DNA of 64,000 nucleotides from Candidatus Woesearchaeota archaeon (GCA_046704725.1 JBJKRI010000004.1:86091-150090), one strand, 5' to 3'. Counted from the first letter of the stretch, positions 32,105 through 41,743 are shown. Numbers and translations are program-made. The notes: generated from the letters alone by a model not told the origin.

Positions 32105-32431
32105 ATGGCCGACGATAAGCCAACACCCAAAGAGGCTCCTCCAAAACAGCAGGTCGTGCATGTCGTGAAAGACCGGACCTCCGGTTTCGCCGTCGCTTCG
32201 CTCGTGCTCGGCATCCTCTCGTTGCTCATGGGTTGGATACCTGCCGTCGGGTGGATCATCATCGTCCTCGCCATCATCTTCGGCATCGTTGGTATTGTCC
32301 AGACCCGAGAGAAACACGTGCATGGCAGGGCGATGGCGATTGCGGGCATTATCCTCGCTGTGGTCGCCCTCATCATTATCATCCTCTTCGTCGGAGCGTT
32401 GCTCGCGCTCATAGGAGCGCCCGCCGCATAA
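32105..32431 (+). CDS. DUF4190-like 3-TM protein without head domain (paralog 4)
   Basis: SGFAVASLVLGILSL...GRAMAIAGIIL, stop just after TM3. Confidence 0.82.
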   Translation: MADDKPTPKEAPPKQQVVHVVKDRTSGFAVASLVLGILSLLMGWIPAVGWIIIVLAIIFGIVGIVQTREKHVHGRAMAIAGIILAVVALIIIILFVGALLALIGAPAA

Positions 32432-32509
32432 GGCAGCTCACGCAACGTGAAGGATGGCTCTTCTCCGGAACGCAGCCACATTTATAACGCGCGCAGGGTG
32501 TGAGAAAGC

Positions 32510-32950
32510 ATGCGAAACCCGTTCGGCCTGACTGAGCGCAAGGCACGGTACAGTGACTTCGCGTTCTTCTACCGCATCACGAAAGAGACCTTGTTCCCCA
32601 TCATCGCCGAGGTCACCGAAGTCAATCGCAGCCGTGCTTTCACCAAGGACAACTGGGACAAGAACTGGAAGCATATCAAGATACTGCAGAAAGGCAACCG
32701 CCGGATCGGCTACTACGCGCTCGTCGACAAGGGAGGGGGCACGGGCTATATCCTCAAGCTCTTCTTGTCGCCGGCCTACCAGGGAAAGGGGATCGGCACG
32801 TTCCTGCTCAAAGACTTCGAACGACGCGGATTCAAGCGCCTGGAGCTGTCCGTGTGGAAGAACAATCCTGCAGTGCGGCTCTATAAGCGTCTCGGCTACA
32901 AGGTATTCAAGACGACGAAGACCCACTACGGGATGCGAAAGACACTATAA
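32510..32950 (+). CDS. GNAT family N-acetyltransferase
   Basis: LFLSPAYQGKGIGT, L.V...NPAVRLYKRLGY. Confidence 0.92.
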   Translation: MRNPFGLTERKARYSDFAFFYRITKETLFPIIAEVTEVNRSRAFTKDNWDKNWKHIKILQKGNRRIGYYALVDKGGGTGYILKLFLSPAYQGKGIGTFLLKDFERRGFKRLELSVWKNNPAVRLYKRLGYKVFKTTKTHYGMRKTL

Positions 32951-32971
32951 CCCCCTCCGCATCAAAGGAGC

Positions 32972-33574
32972 GTGGATCGCCGCTCGCTCTTCGAGACGCA
33001 CACGCAGCAACGCGTGCGCATCGTCACGCTCGCCATCCTGATCGCTCTCGGCGTCATCGCGGTCATCATCGCCGTGGAAGCGGTCATCCGTGCAGGCAGG
33101 CTCTCCCTGCCATCGTTGACGAGCATCATCGGCTTCATCGCGCCGGCATTGAGCAACGTCACTCCGCTCACTCTGCTCTACGCATCGTTCCTGTCGTCAC
33201 TCATCCTCGTGCCATTGCCCATCGAGGTCTTCTTCATCGCCGGCATCCGAGAAGGCAGCGACCCCGTGCTCTCCATCGCCGCCACGGTCACTGGATTCCT
33301 GCTCGCCAACCTCGTGAACTACCTGCTCGGCTGGAAGCTCAACGGCCCGGTACGGGCGTTCTCCAATCCCAGACACCTCTACAAGGTCCGGCGGGCGGTG
33401 AACCGCTACGGAGCGTACGCGGTCTTCGGCATGAACCTCATCCCCTCGCCAGCGGACGTGCTCACCTTCGGCCTGGGCATCGTGCGCTACAACTTCACAC
33501 GGCTCTTCGTGATCTTGGCGGCAGCAGGCATCACGAAATACGTGGCGATCGTCTTGCTGCTCAAGCTCTTCTGA
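32972..33574 (+). CDS. DedA/VTT (SNARE-associated) membrane protein
   Basis: PLPIE, G..L...VNYLLG, RYG, P.PADV....G, multi-TM. Confidence 0.8.
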   Translation: MDRRSLFETHTQQRVRIVTLAILIALGVIAVIIAVEAVIRAGRLSLPSLTSIIGFIAPALSNVTPLTLLYASFLSSLILVPLPIEVFFIAGIREGSDPVLSIAATVTGFLLANLVNYLLGWKLNGPVRAFSNPRHLYKVRRAVNRYGAYAVFGMNLIPSPADVLTFGLGIVRYNFTRLFVILAAAGITKYVAIVLLLKLF

Positions 33575-33611
33575 AGCAAAGATTCAAAAGCGACGACGCC
33601 TGCGCAGGCAC

Positions 33612-34079
33612 ATGCAAGAGTACGTGACGACCGCGAAAGCCTACGCGAAGACACGACGGGCCGACGGTCTCGTCGGCATGCGCGTGCTCGCGAAGAGCGG
33701 GTCCGTCCTTGGCAAGGTGCGCGCGGTCCTGCTCGACCCGGCGGGACGCACCGTCCAAGGGATCCTCGTCGGGCGCCTCCTGCACGAGAACCTGTACATC
33801 ACCACATCGTACATCGACCGCATCACCGAAAAAGCGGTCCTGCTCAAGATCGATCCCGCATCCCTGCGCAAAGGACTGCAGGTCATCACGTCCGACGGCA
33901 AGCGCGTCGGCACCGTGATAGGCATGCACCGCATCAAGCAGACCAACGACGTGCACACGTACGTCGTGAAACGACGCTTCCGCACATTCGAGGTCGCAGC
34001 GGCCGACGTGAAGCACATCGGCACGAGCCTCATCCTCAAGAAGACCTATGCCACGCTCAAGAAAAAGCTCAAGAAATGA
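33612..34079 (+). CDS. tandem PRC-barrel domain protein A
   Basis: Two repeats: LVGMRVLAKSGSVLGKV and KGLQVITSDGKRVGTV. Confidence 0.8.
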   Translation: MQEYVTTAKAYAKTRRADGLVGMRVLAKSGSVLGKVRAVLLDPAGRTVQGILVGRLLHENLYITTSYIDRITEKAVLLKIDPASLRKGLQVITSDGKRVGTVIGMHRIKQTNDVHTYVVKRRFRTFEVAAADVKHIGTSLILKKTYATLKKKLKK

Positions 34080-34515
34080 TGCGCTCGACGGAGCGATAAC
34101 CGCAGAGGACGTGCTCGGAAAGGACGTCGTCGACCCAGAAGGGGATTTCATCGGCGTGACCAACCAATTGTTCATCGATCCCAAGACGTTAGAAGTGCTC
34201 GGGGTGAGCGTGGACAAGGGATTCCTGAAAGCAGGCCTGGTCATCGGAGCGGACCACATCAAAGAGGTCACCGAGCACGCGGTGCTCCTGAAGACATCGC
34301 CGGCGCACCGCCTGCAAGGCATGAGCGTCTTCGACACGGACGGCGCGCGCGTGGGTACTGTGACAGACGTACTCGTGACAGACGAAGGAGAGCTCACCGG
34401 CATGCGCATCCGGCCGTCTCGCGTGCGCTCCAAAACCATCGAGGTGCCCGCGAGCGCGATCGACCGCGTCGAACGAAACGTCCTGCTCTCCATCAAGAGA
34501 AAGGACGTGATCTAG
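34048..34515 (+). CDS. tandem PRC-barrel domain protein B
   Basis: LGKDVVDPEGDFIGV..LFID and LQGMSVFDTDGARVGTVTDV. Confidence 0.85.
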   Translation: MPRSRKSSRNDALDGAITAEDVLGKDVVDPEGDFIGVTNQLFIDPKTLEVLGVSVDKGFLKAGLVIGADHIKEVTEHAVLLKTSPAHRLQGMSVFDTDGARVGTVTDVLVTDEGELTGMRIRPSRVRSKTIEVPASAIDRVERNVLLSIKRKDVI

Positions 34516-37205
34516 GAGAGCAGGAAAGACAGGTCATCCTTGGTGAGACGCTTGGCGAAACCCTCCTCGGTCTCCACGACGCTGTCCGCCAAGGCGCTCT
34601 TGGCGTCCTGCAAGGCCACGATCTTCTCCTCTACAGTGCCCGAGGAGACGAGCTTGAAGACGAAGACCGGACGCTTCTGACCGATACGATGCGCTCTGTC
34701 GACGGCCTGCGCCTCGACGGCGGGATTCCACCAGGGGTCGGCGATGAAGACATAGTCCGCGGCGGTGAGGGTGAGCCCGACACCGCCCGCCTTGATGCTG
34801 ATGAGGAAGACCGAGACGGACGGATCGTCCTGGAAGCGACGCACCTGCTCCGCACGGTCAGTGGTGGAGCCGTCCAGATAGGCGTAGCGCACGCCCGCGC
34901 GGCGCAAGCGCCGCTCGACAAGGCCGAGCATGCCGACGAAACCGCTGAAGACCAATGCCTTGTGGCCCTCGGCGACGGCCTCGAGCACGCGCTCGCACAA
35001 GACGTCGAACTTTCCCGAGCGCCCACGATACTCCTCGTGCAGCAGCGAAGGATGGTTCGCGAGCTGGCGCAAGCGGAGCAATCCCTTGAGGATGCGCACC
35101 TGGACGTCGACATCCTTCGCGAAGGCCTCCTCCACATCCGCACGCACCCAGGCCTTCGCGGCCTTGTAGAGCTCTTCTTGGGCGCCGTCCATCTCGCACG
35201 GCACGACCATCACCTGCTTCTCGGGCAGGTCGGGGGCAACGCTCTGCTTGGTGCGACGGAGCAAGAAGGGCTTGATGAGACGTTTGAGCGCCAACGCGCG
35301 TTGGCCATCAGGCTCCTCCTCGATCTTGTGCGCGTAGTGCAAGCGGAAATTGCGCTCGGTGCCGAGCAGTCCAGGGCAGGCGAAGGCGAACTGCGACCAC
35401 AATTCCAGCGACGAGTTCTCTATCGGGGTCCCCGTCATGGCGAGCCGGTGGTCCGCGTGGATCCGCCTGCACGCGCGAGACACCTGGCTGTGGGGGTTCT
35501 TGATGTGCTGGCTCTCGTCGAGCACCGCGTACGAGAACCGGAGGGCGTCGAACAGTTCGCGATCGTTGCGCAGGGTGGCGTAGGTCGTCACGATGACATC
35601 ACCAGTCAATCGCTCTTTTCGCGTGGCGCGTTGCGGGCCGTGATGCACCTGCATGCGCAATGACGGCGCGAAGCGTTTGGCCTCGGCCACCCAATTGAAG
35701 ACGAGGCTCGTCGGCACCACGACGAGCGCGGGAAGGTCGCGTTCGCCCTTGTTCCACAAGAGGAGCGCGAGGACCTGCACGGTCTTGCCAAGGCCCATAT
35801 CGTCTGCGAGGATGCCGCCGGTCGCGTGCGCGTCGAGAAAGCGCAGCCAGTCATAGCCCGCCTTCTGGTAGGGACGGAGCACGCCGGTGAAACCCTCGGG
35901 AACGTTTGCATCGGCGATGCGCGAGAAGCTTCGCAAGCGCTCCTGCAAAGCGGAGAAGCGCGCGTCCATCTCCTGCTCGTCGGCCACTGCGAGGACCTCC
36001 TCGATGATCGGCAGCTGCTCGGGGGACGCGCGCAATACGTTGTCGTGTACTTCCAGAAGCCCGATAGAGGCGGAGAGGCGTTCGAGCCATTCGGGCGGGA
36101 TGGCACCGAGGGTTCCGTCGCTGAGGCGCACGAAGCGCTCCTTGTTGAGCACGGCCTCGAGCAGCTCGGACAGACGCGTGGGGACCCCCTCCCATTCGGC
36201 CTCGACGCGCAGGTCGAGCCAGTCCGTGCCGCCGACAGAAACGGCCATACGAGCGGTCGCGTCCCTCGCTTGCCCGCCGAGCAGGCTCTCGCGGCCGTAT
36301 ATCTCGAATCCGAGGCCGATGAGCCGCTTGGTCGTCACCGAGAGCCATTCCATCGGATCGCCCATGGGCAGCAAGGATTCCCCGTCGAAACGCGTGAACG
36401 AGCGCAACTGCTCGTCGCGCTCGGATTCCGCTCCAGGATCGTGCACGACACGCAGCACGACACCGTCCGAGAAGACATACGCGTCCTCGCCGCCGCGCGT
36501 CTCCTGCTCGCCGTAGGCGAAACGCAGCTCTACGGTGAAGCCACGGTCCTGCTCATGCAGGTAGATGCGGGGGACCGGCCGCGGACGCACCTCCTGCAGT
36601 CTGCAGCCCTGCTCGATGCGCACGCGCCCCAAACGTCCGCCGTCATAGTAGCCGGCTTCGAGGAATCGCGAGAGGAAATGCGCCGGCACGTCCGCTCCTG
36701 TGCGCTCCCTGATATCGTTGAGCGCCTTGGCATGCGTGATATCGACGGGGCACACGACGACGCCTGACTTGTTTTCGAGCGCGCACCAGAGCTCCTCGTG
36801 CCCGAACAACCGGTTCTTCTTCCCGTCGATGGCATAGTCCGTGCCGCCGTAGCGTACGGCGAGCGAGAGCGTGTCCTCGGACAGACGCACGTACGCGCGC
36901 GCCTTGGCGTGCGTGACAGACGCGCCCGTCACGACAGCCGATGCGTCGGCAAGAGCGTCGAGCAGCCGGAAATCCGTGTAGGCATCCAGACCGTCCAGGC
37001 GTGCGGAGACATCTGATACGGACTGCCCGAGGCGATCGGCAGCCTCCACGGCAGCGAGGAACAAAGCGAAGGCCTCGCGCGCCTTGCCGCGCATCTTTAC
37101 GTGCGCCTCGTGCACCTCGCTGCCCTGCAACGCTTTTCCGTCGCGCTCTGCGACGATGGAGATGTTCCCGTGGAAGGGGCTGATGCGCAGCCTGATATCG
37201 CTCAT
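34512..37205 (-). CDS. SNF2-family helicase/ATPase
   Basis: LRPYQ, LADDMGLGKT, LDESQHIKN, TGTPIEN, LRRTK, KAGGVGLTLTAAD, DPWWNPAVEAQAVDRAHRIGQ. Confidence 0.95.
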   Translation of the reverse strand: MSDIRLRISPFHGNISIVAERDGKALQGSEVHEAHVKMRGKAREAFALFLAAVEAADRLGQSVSDVSARLDGLDAYTDFRLLDALADASAVVTGASVTHAKARAYVRLSEDTLSLAVRYGGTDYAIDGKKNRLFGHEELWCALENKSGVVVCPVDITHAKALNDIRERTGADVPAHFLSRFLEAGYYDGGRLGRVRIEQGCRLQEVRPRPVPRIYLHEQDRGFTVELRFAYGEQETRGGEDAYVFSDGVVLRVVHDPGAESERDEQLRSFTRFDGESLLPMGDPMEWLSVTTKRLIGLGFEIYGRESLLGGQARDATARMAVSVGGTDWLDLRVEAEWEGVPTRLSELLEAVLNKERFVRLSDGTLGAIPPEWLERLSASIGLLEVHDNVLRASPEQLPIIEEVLAVADEQEMDARFSALQERLRSFSRIADANVPEGFTGVLRPYQKAGYDWLRFLDAHATGGILADDMGLGKTVQVLALLLWNKGERDLPALVVVPTSLVFNWVAEAKRFAPSLRMQVHHGPQRATRKERLTGDVIVTTYATLRNDRELFDALRFSYAVLDESQHIKNPHSQVSRACRRIHADHRLAMTGTPIENSSLELWSQFAFACPGLLGTERNFRLHYAHKIEEEPDGQRALALKRLIKPFLLRRTKQSVAPDLPEKQVMVVPCEMDGAQEELYKAAKAWVRADVEEAFAKDVDVQVRILKGLLRLRQLANHPSLLHEEYRGRSGKFDVLCERVLEAVAEGHKALVFSGFVGMLGLVERRLRRAGVRYAYLDGSTTDRAEQVRRFQDDPSVSVFLISIKAGGVGLTLTAADYVFIADPWWNPAVEAQAVDRAHRIGQKRPVFVFKLVSSGTVEEKIVALQDAKSALADSVVETEEGFAKRLTKDDLSFLLS

Positions 37206-38290
37206 GCGCCGTGCACGATCCTCTCGGCGGTCTTGCGATACTTCTCCATCCGCTTCTGATGCTCCTTGAGCATATCCACGAGGAACTCCTTGACGATGGT
37301 CTTGAGCTCGCCCGTCAGCATATCGCCGCTCGCGTAGCGCTCTTTCACATCGGCGACGAACGCGTCGTCGGGGTGGTGGAACAGGAGTATCTCGAAGGCA
37401 CGGTCCACGTCAGGGTCTCCCCCGAGGCGGCGGTGCTCCTCCACGCTCGTGCGCCCGCCGCTGAAGGCGCGGTCTATCTTGCGGCGCACGTCCTTCTCGG
37501 AATCGGTGAGGAATATCGCCGTGTCCGGTTCGGAGGCGCTCATCTTGCTGCCCTCCTTGAGGCCGGACTGGTGCTTGAAGAACAGGAAGCTCGGCAGGAC
37601 CATGTTGTAGGGCAAGCGCCGAACGAGGTCGCGCGCCGCGCGGGCGTGCGGGTCCTGCTCGATGCCGATGGATGTCAATGAAGGCATGGGACCGTCGTAC
37701 TCGGGCAGCTGCCCGTGCAGGATGTCCGCGTACTGGAGCAGGTTCGCGGACAGCTTTCCCAGATCGAGATGACCGTAGATGGCCTTGAAGGTGTTCTCGG
37801 TGATCTTCTTGGAGAGCTCGAAGGCGAAGGTGTAGTAGCGCGGCTCTTTCTTGCTCTGCACGTAGATGCATTCCTCGGGGACGCCGAGAGCGAGGAGGTG
37901 CTGGACGGTCTGGACGGCGTAGTCCTGCGCCTTCTCCAATGACGGCACCTTGTTGTCGGGGCGCGAGACGTAGCCGTCGATATCGCACACCCCGAAATGG
38001 CTTTTCGCGCCGAGGGAGCGGAAGTACTCGAACAGGTCGATGTCCACTTTGTGCCCGAGATGGAGCGGCCCGCTCGTGGCGATGCCCGTCATCTGGAGGA
38101 AGGGCTTTTTCTCCTTGATCGCTTTTGCGATGCGCGCAAAGTCGCGGTGGGCGATGACCAGGCCGCGCGTGAAGAAGCGATTGTCGAAGGGCTTTTTCTG
38201 CGCGTCGGTGAAGGTGGACAGGCCGAACTGCTTGATGAGACGGGCGTCCACGGTGACGGCTTTGCTGCCCCAGGCGTCGATGCGTGCCAT
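37202..38290 (-). CDS. trpS: tryptophanyl-tRNA synthetase (archaeal type)
   Basis: RGLVIAHRDF, SGPLHLGH, QYADIL, GIEQDPH, KMSASEP, AFSGGR...EHRRLGG, GDMLTGELK. Confidence 0.9.
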   Translation of the reverse strand: MARIDAWGSKAVTVDARLIKQFGLSTFTDAQKKPFDNRFFTRGLVIAHRDFARIAKAIKEKKPFLQMTGIATSGPLHLGHKVDIDLFEYFRSLGAKSHFGVCDIDGYVSRPDNKVPSLEKAQDYAVQTVQHLLALGVPEECIYVQSKKEPRYYTFAFELSKKITENTFKAIYGHLDLGKLSANLLQYADILHGQLPEYDGPMPSLTSIGIEQDPHARAARDLVRRLPYNMVLPSFLFFKHQSGLKEGSKMSASEPDTAIFLTDSEKDVRRKIDRAFSGGRTSVEEHRRLGGDPDVDRAFEILLFHHPDDAFVADVKERYASGDMLTGELKTIVKEFLVDMLKEHQKRMEKYRKTAERIVHGA

Positions 38291-38399
38291 CCGCCTCACA
38301 CATCTCCGGACGCTTATAAAGATTGGGTGCTCCGAACGGGATGCACGGGACTGACGCGCGGCGAACATTTATAAGTGGCGTGCAGGTCTCCTGCGGCAC

Positions 38400-38472
38400 G
38401 GGCCCGTGGTCTAGCGGCTATGACACCGCCTCGACATGGCGGGGATCCCCGGTTCGATTCCGGGCGGGCCCA
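38400..38472 (+). tRNA. tRNA-Val(GAC)
   Basis: GGGCCCG...CCGCC-TC-GAC-AT-GGCGG...GGTTCGATTCC...CGGGCCCA; TTTATAA upstream. Confidence 0.92.
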
Positions 38473-38546
38473 GCAGGTCCTTTCCGGTTCGGCAGCGCCG
38501 AAAAGACCAACATTTAAGAATATAATATACGAAAACGGCTACTATT

Positions 38547-39341
38547 ATGCAACTCTTACACGCGGAGGAGATCAAGTCGTCTAACGAGCAGATACTGCAG
38601 CTCATCCTCCGCGAGGACGAACTGTCCTGGCAACAGCTCATCTACGACCTGGTGCGACGCGAACAGATGGACCCGTGGGACATCGATGTCAGCACGCTCA
38701 CACAGAAGTTCCTCCACGTCATACGGACGCTGCAGCAGATGGACTTCCGCATCGGCGGAAAGCTGGTCCTCGCATCGGCGATGCTGCTCAAGATCAAGAG
38801 CGACCGACTCCTCGACGAGGACCTGGCCATGCTCGACACACTCATCAACACGGTGGAGGAGGACGAGCCGATCGACCTGCTCGACATGGACATGGGTGCC
38901 TTCGAGGAAGCGGGCACGGTCGAGGAGCGCCCACGCATCTACCCAAGAGCACCCCAACCACGGCAGAGGAAAGTCAGCGTCTATGACCTTGTCACCGCGC
39001 TAGAGCAGGCGCTCGAGGTCAGCGTGCGGCGCGACCGACGCGCCCTGGACGCCGTCGAGCTCACCGAAGTGAAAGTGCCCGAGAAATCCATCGATGTGTC
39101 AGAAGCGATGAACGGTCTATTGCAGCGCATCTCGTCAGTCGCGCAGGACAATCCCGTATCCTTCTTTGCTCTGGTCCCCGGACAGAGCAGGCGCGACACC
39201 GTGCTCACATTCATCCCCCTCCTGCACCTCACCAACGAGCGGCGCGTCGACCTCGAGCAAGAAGAGCACTTCGGCGACATCAGCATCACCTTGCTCGACG
39301 ACACGCCCGTCGAGTACAAGGAAGCCGAAGCAACGGCATAG
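38547..39341 (+). CDS. scpA: segregation/condensation protein A (kleisin)
   Basis: MDPWDID...T..F, G..VL.SAMLL.IKS, TFIPLLHL....VDLEQEEHFGDI. Confidence 0.9.
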   Translation: MQLLHAEEIKSSNEQILQLILREDELSWQQLIYDLVRREQMDPWDIDVSTLTQKFLHVIRTLQQMDFRIGGKLVLASAMLLKIKSDRLLDEDLAMLDTLINTVEEDEPIDLLDMDMGAFEEAGTVEERPRIYPRAPQPRQRKVSVYDLVTALEQALEVSVRRDRRALDAVELTEVKVPEKSIDVSEAMNGLLQRISSVAQDNPVSFFALVPGQSRRDTVLTFIPLLHLTNERRVDLEQEEHFGDISITLLDDTPVEYKEAEATA

Positions 39342-39373
39342 CCTTAAAAACGGCCGGTGACTCTGGCCGTAGC

Positions 39374-40048
39374 ATGCACGTCCTGACCGCGAACACCCAA
39401 GGGAACCCGAATATCGGCCTGTACGCCTACGCCACGGACAAGTACTGCATCCTCGGGCCCGAGGCAGCGAACCTCAAGGAAGCCATCGAGGAAGCGCTCA
39501 GCGTCCCTGTCATCATCACGACCATCGCGGGCACGAGCCTCACAGGGGTCTTCCTGGCTGGCAACGAGAAGACACTGCTCGTGCCGGGGATCGCTTTCGA
39601 GCACGAGATCGAACGATTGGAGAAAGCGGGCATCACCGTCGGCCTGTTCGACACCACGCACACCGCCCTCGGAAACAACCTGGTCGCGAACGAGCACGGC
39701 TGCCTGGCAGGACCCATGTTCACGACCGAAGAGCGCGAAGAGCTGCACGAACTCCTGGGAGTGCCCGTCCACCAGTTCGCCATCGCCGGCGTGGAAGTGG
39801 TGGGAAGCGCCCTTGCCGCGACAGGGAAAGGCGGATTGATCCACCGTGACGCGACGCGGTTCGAACAGGACATGGCAATCGACACCCTGCGACTGCCGCG
39901 CCTCTTGCCGGGAACGGTCAACATGGGCGTGCCCTACGTGCGCGCGGGCATCATCGCGAACAGCAACGGCTTTCTCATCGGCACCGCATCGGGAGGACCA
40001 GAGATCGGCAACGCCGACGAGGCATTCGGCTTCCTGGAGGACGAGTGA
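39374..40048 (+). CDS. eif6: translation initiation factor 6 (aIF6)
   Basis: GNPNIG, TIAGTSLTG, ALGN, VGS, GTVNMG.PYV.AG..ANSNG. Confidence 0.93.
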   Translation: MHVLTANTQGNPNIGLYAYATDKYCILGPEAANLKEAIEEALSVPVIITTIAGTSLTGVFLAGNEKTLLVPGIAFEHEIERLEKAGITVGLFDTTHTALGNNLVANEHGCLAGPMFTTEEREELHELLGVPVHQFAIAGVEVVGSALAATGKGGLIHRDATRFEQDMAIDTLRLPRLLPGTVNMGVPYVRAGIIANSNGFLIGTASGGPEIGNADEAFGFLEDE

Positions 40049-40458
40049 TGGACGAGACCGCCGCACGGGAATACATCGTGCGCCTGGAAGCGGCGCGGGA
40101 ACGCCTGCAACGGCTCGACGACCACGCAGCGGAGGTCGACGACAAGACCGTCGAACTGCGGCGCATGATAGAAGCGGTACAGCAGGCACTGGAATTGCCT
40201 GAAGGCTCCGAACTGCTCGTGCCGCTCACCAACGGCGTGTTCATGCCCGCGACGGCGGGAAAGGACAAGACACTATACCTCAATGTAGGCGCGGACGTGG
40301 TGGTGACGCGCACGCCGGACGAGACGATCAAGATACTCGAGAAGCAGCAAGACGAGCTCGCCGAGTACCGCGAACGGATCCTTGCCGAGCGCCAGCAAGC
40401 GCAGGCAGAGGCAGTGCGCATCGAGCGAGCGGCGAAAGAGGCGATGGGCGATGTTTAA
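40048..40458 (+). CDS. pfdA: prefoldin alpha subunit
   Basis: Coiled coils flanking ELLVPLTNGVF...LNVGADVVV; located between aIF6 and ftsY. Confidence 0.88.
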   Translation: MDETAAREYIVRLEAARERLQRLDDHAAEVDDKTVELRRMIEAVQQALELPEGSELLVPLTNGVFMPATAGKDKTLYLNVGADVVVTRTPDETIKILEKQQDELAEYRERILAERQQAQAEAVRIERAAKEAMGDV

Positions 40459-41743
40459 GTCCCTCAAGGACAAGCTCAAGAACGCTCTTGGAAAACTGAC
40501 CTCAGGAGCGAAGAGCGCGGAGAAAGAGGCGAAGGAGCCGGCCCCGAAGAAGGAAGCGGCGAAGCCGAAAGAAGAACCGAAGCCAGTCGAGAAGAAACGG
40601 GCCGAGCCCGCGAAGAGCGTCCCGAAAGAATCGAAGAAACCCGAAGCTCCCAAAGAGCCGGAAAAGATCATCGAGGAGCCAACACCCACAGCTCCTGAAG
40701 AGCCAGAAGAAGCGGTCAAAGAACCCAAACCAGAGCCGTCCGAAGAGCCCGAACCGGAAAAGGAGAAGCGGAAAGAAGAACCAGTCCCAGCCGAAGAGCC
40801 CGAGCCGGTCGCTCCCGCACGCACCGAAGAGAAAGAGGAGAAGGCGGAACCCGAACAGGAGAAGCCCAAGAAGGGCGGATTGTTCGGACGGCTCACCGAG
40901 AAGCTCACGACGGTGCAGCTCAGCGAGGAGCGCTTCGAGGAACTGTTCTGGGAGCTCGAACTCGCATTATTGGAGAACAACGTCGCCCTCGAGGTCATCG
41001 AGAAGATCAAGAGCGACCTGCGCGACGAGCTCACCACCGGACGCACCGCGAGAGGAGGCGTCGCCGAACGCGTCCAACGAAGACTGCGCGAGAGCCTGCG
41101 CGAAGTCCTCGAACAACCACCGTTCGACCTGCTCGACACCACGGAGAAACCAGTGGTCATCGCCGCTGTCGGCGTGAACGGCTCGGGAAAGACCACGACG
41201 CTCGCCAAGCTCGGCAAATACTTCGAGGACCACGGAAAGTCGGTGGTGCTCGCGGCGTGCGACACCTTCCGCGCCGCGGCCATACACCAGCTCGAGGAGC
41301 ACGCCAAGAACCTCGAACTCCCGATCATCAAGCAAGACTACGGCGCGGACCCCGCAGCGGTCGCGTACGACGCGGTCCACCACGCCAAGGCGAAAGGCAT
41401 CGACGTCGTGCTCATCGACACGGCCGGACGGTTGCACAGCAACACGAACCTCATGGACGAGCTCAAGAAGGTCATCCGCGTCTCGAAACCGCAGCACGTG
41501 CTCTTCGTCGGAGAGGCTGTGACGGGCAACGATTGCGTCGAGCAGGCGCGCACCTTCGCGCACGAGCTGCCCGTCGACGGCATCATCCTCACCAAGGCCG
41601 ATGTGGACGAGAAGGGCGGCGCGGCCGTATCGGTGAGTTATGTGACCAAACTGCCGATCGTGCTCATCGGCACCGGACAGTCCTACGAGGACTTGCGTCC
41701 CTTCGACCCCGAAGAGGTCTTGGACGGCTTGGTCCCCGCATAG
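40451..41743 (+). CDS. ftsY: SRP receptor FtsY with long P/E/K-rich N-terminal region
   Basis: MFKSLKDKL start, [30 protein letters not shown]. Confidence 0.96.
   Translation: MFKSLKDKLKNALGKLTSGAKSAEKEAKEPAPKKEAAKPKEEPKPVEKKRAEPAKSVPKESKKPEAPKEPEKIIEEPTPTAPEEPEEAVKEPKPEPSEEPEPEKEKRKEEPVPAEEPEPVAPARTEEKEEKAEPEQEKPKKGGLFGRLTEKLTTVQLSEERFEELFWELELALLENNVALEVIEKIKSDLRDELTTGRTARGGVAERVQRRLRESLREVLEQPPFDLLDTTEKPVVIAAVGVNGSGKTTTLAKLGKYFEDHGKSVVLAACDTFRAAAIHQLEEHAKNLELPIIKQDYGADPAAVAYDAVHHAKAKGIDVVLIDTAGRLHSNTNLMDELKKVIRVSKPQHVLFVGEAVTGNDCVEQARTFAHELPVDGIILTKADVDEKGGAAVSVSYVTKLPIVLIGTGQSYEDLRPFDPEEVLDGLVPA

Larger units (their letters stand above)
29960..32218 (+). repeat. dispersed direct repeat CGCTCGTGCTCGGCATCCTC, four copies (29960, 30676, 31444, 32199)
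   Basis: 20-nt identity in all four paralogs; 40-nt identity between 30664-30703 and 31432-31471. Confidence 0.85.

Noticed and set aside
29960-32218. 20-nt repeats as a CRISPR array
   Set aside because: Spacing is about 720-770 nt, the repeats are in-frame coding sequence, and no cas genes are present.
40500-40870. P/E/K-rich low-complexity repeats in FtsY
   Set aside because: Variable charged N-terminal regions are a known FtsY feature.
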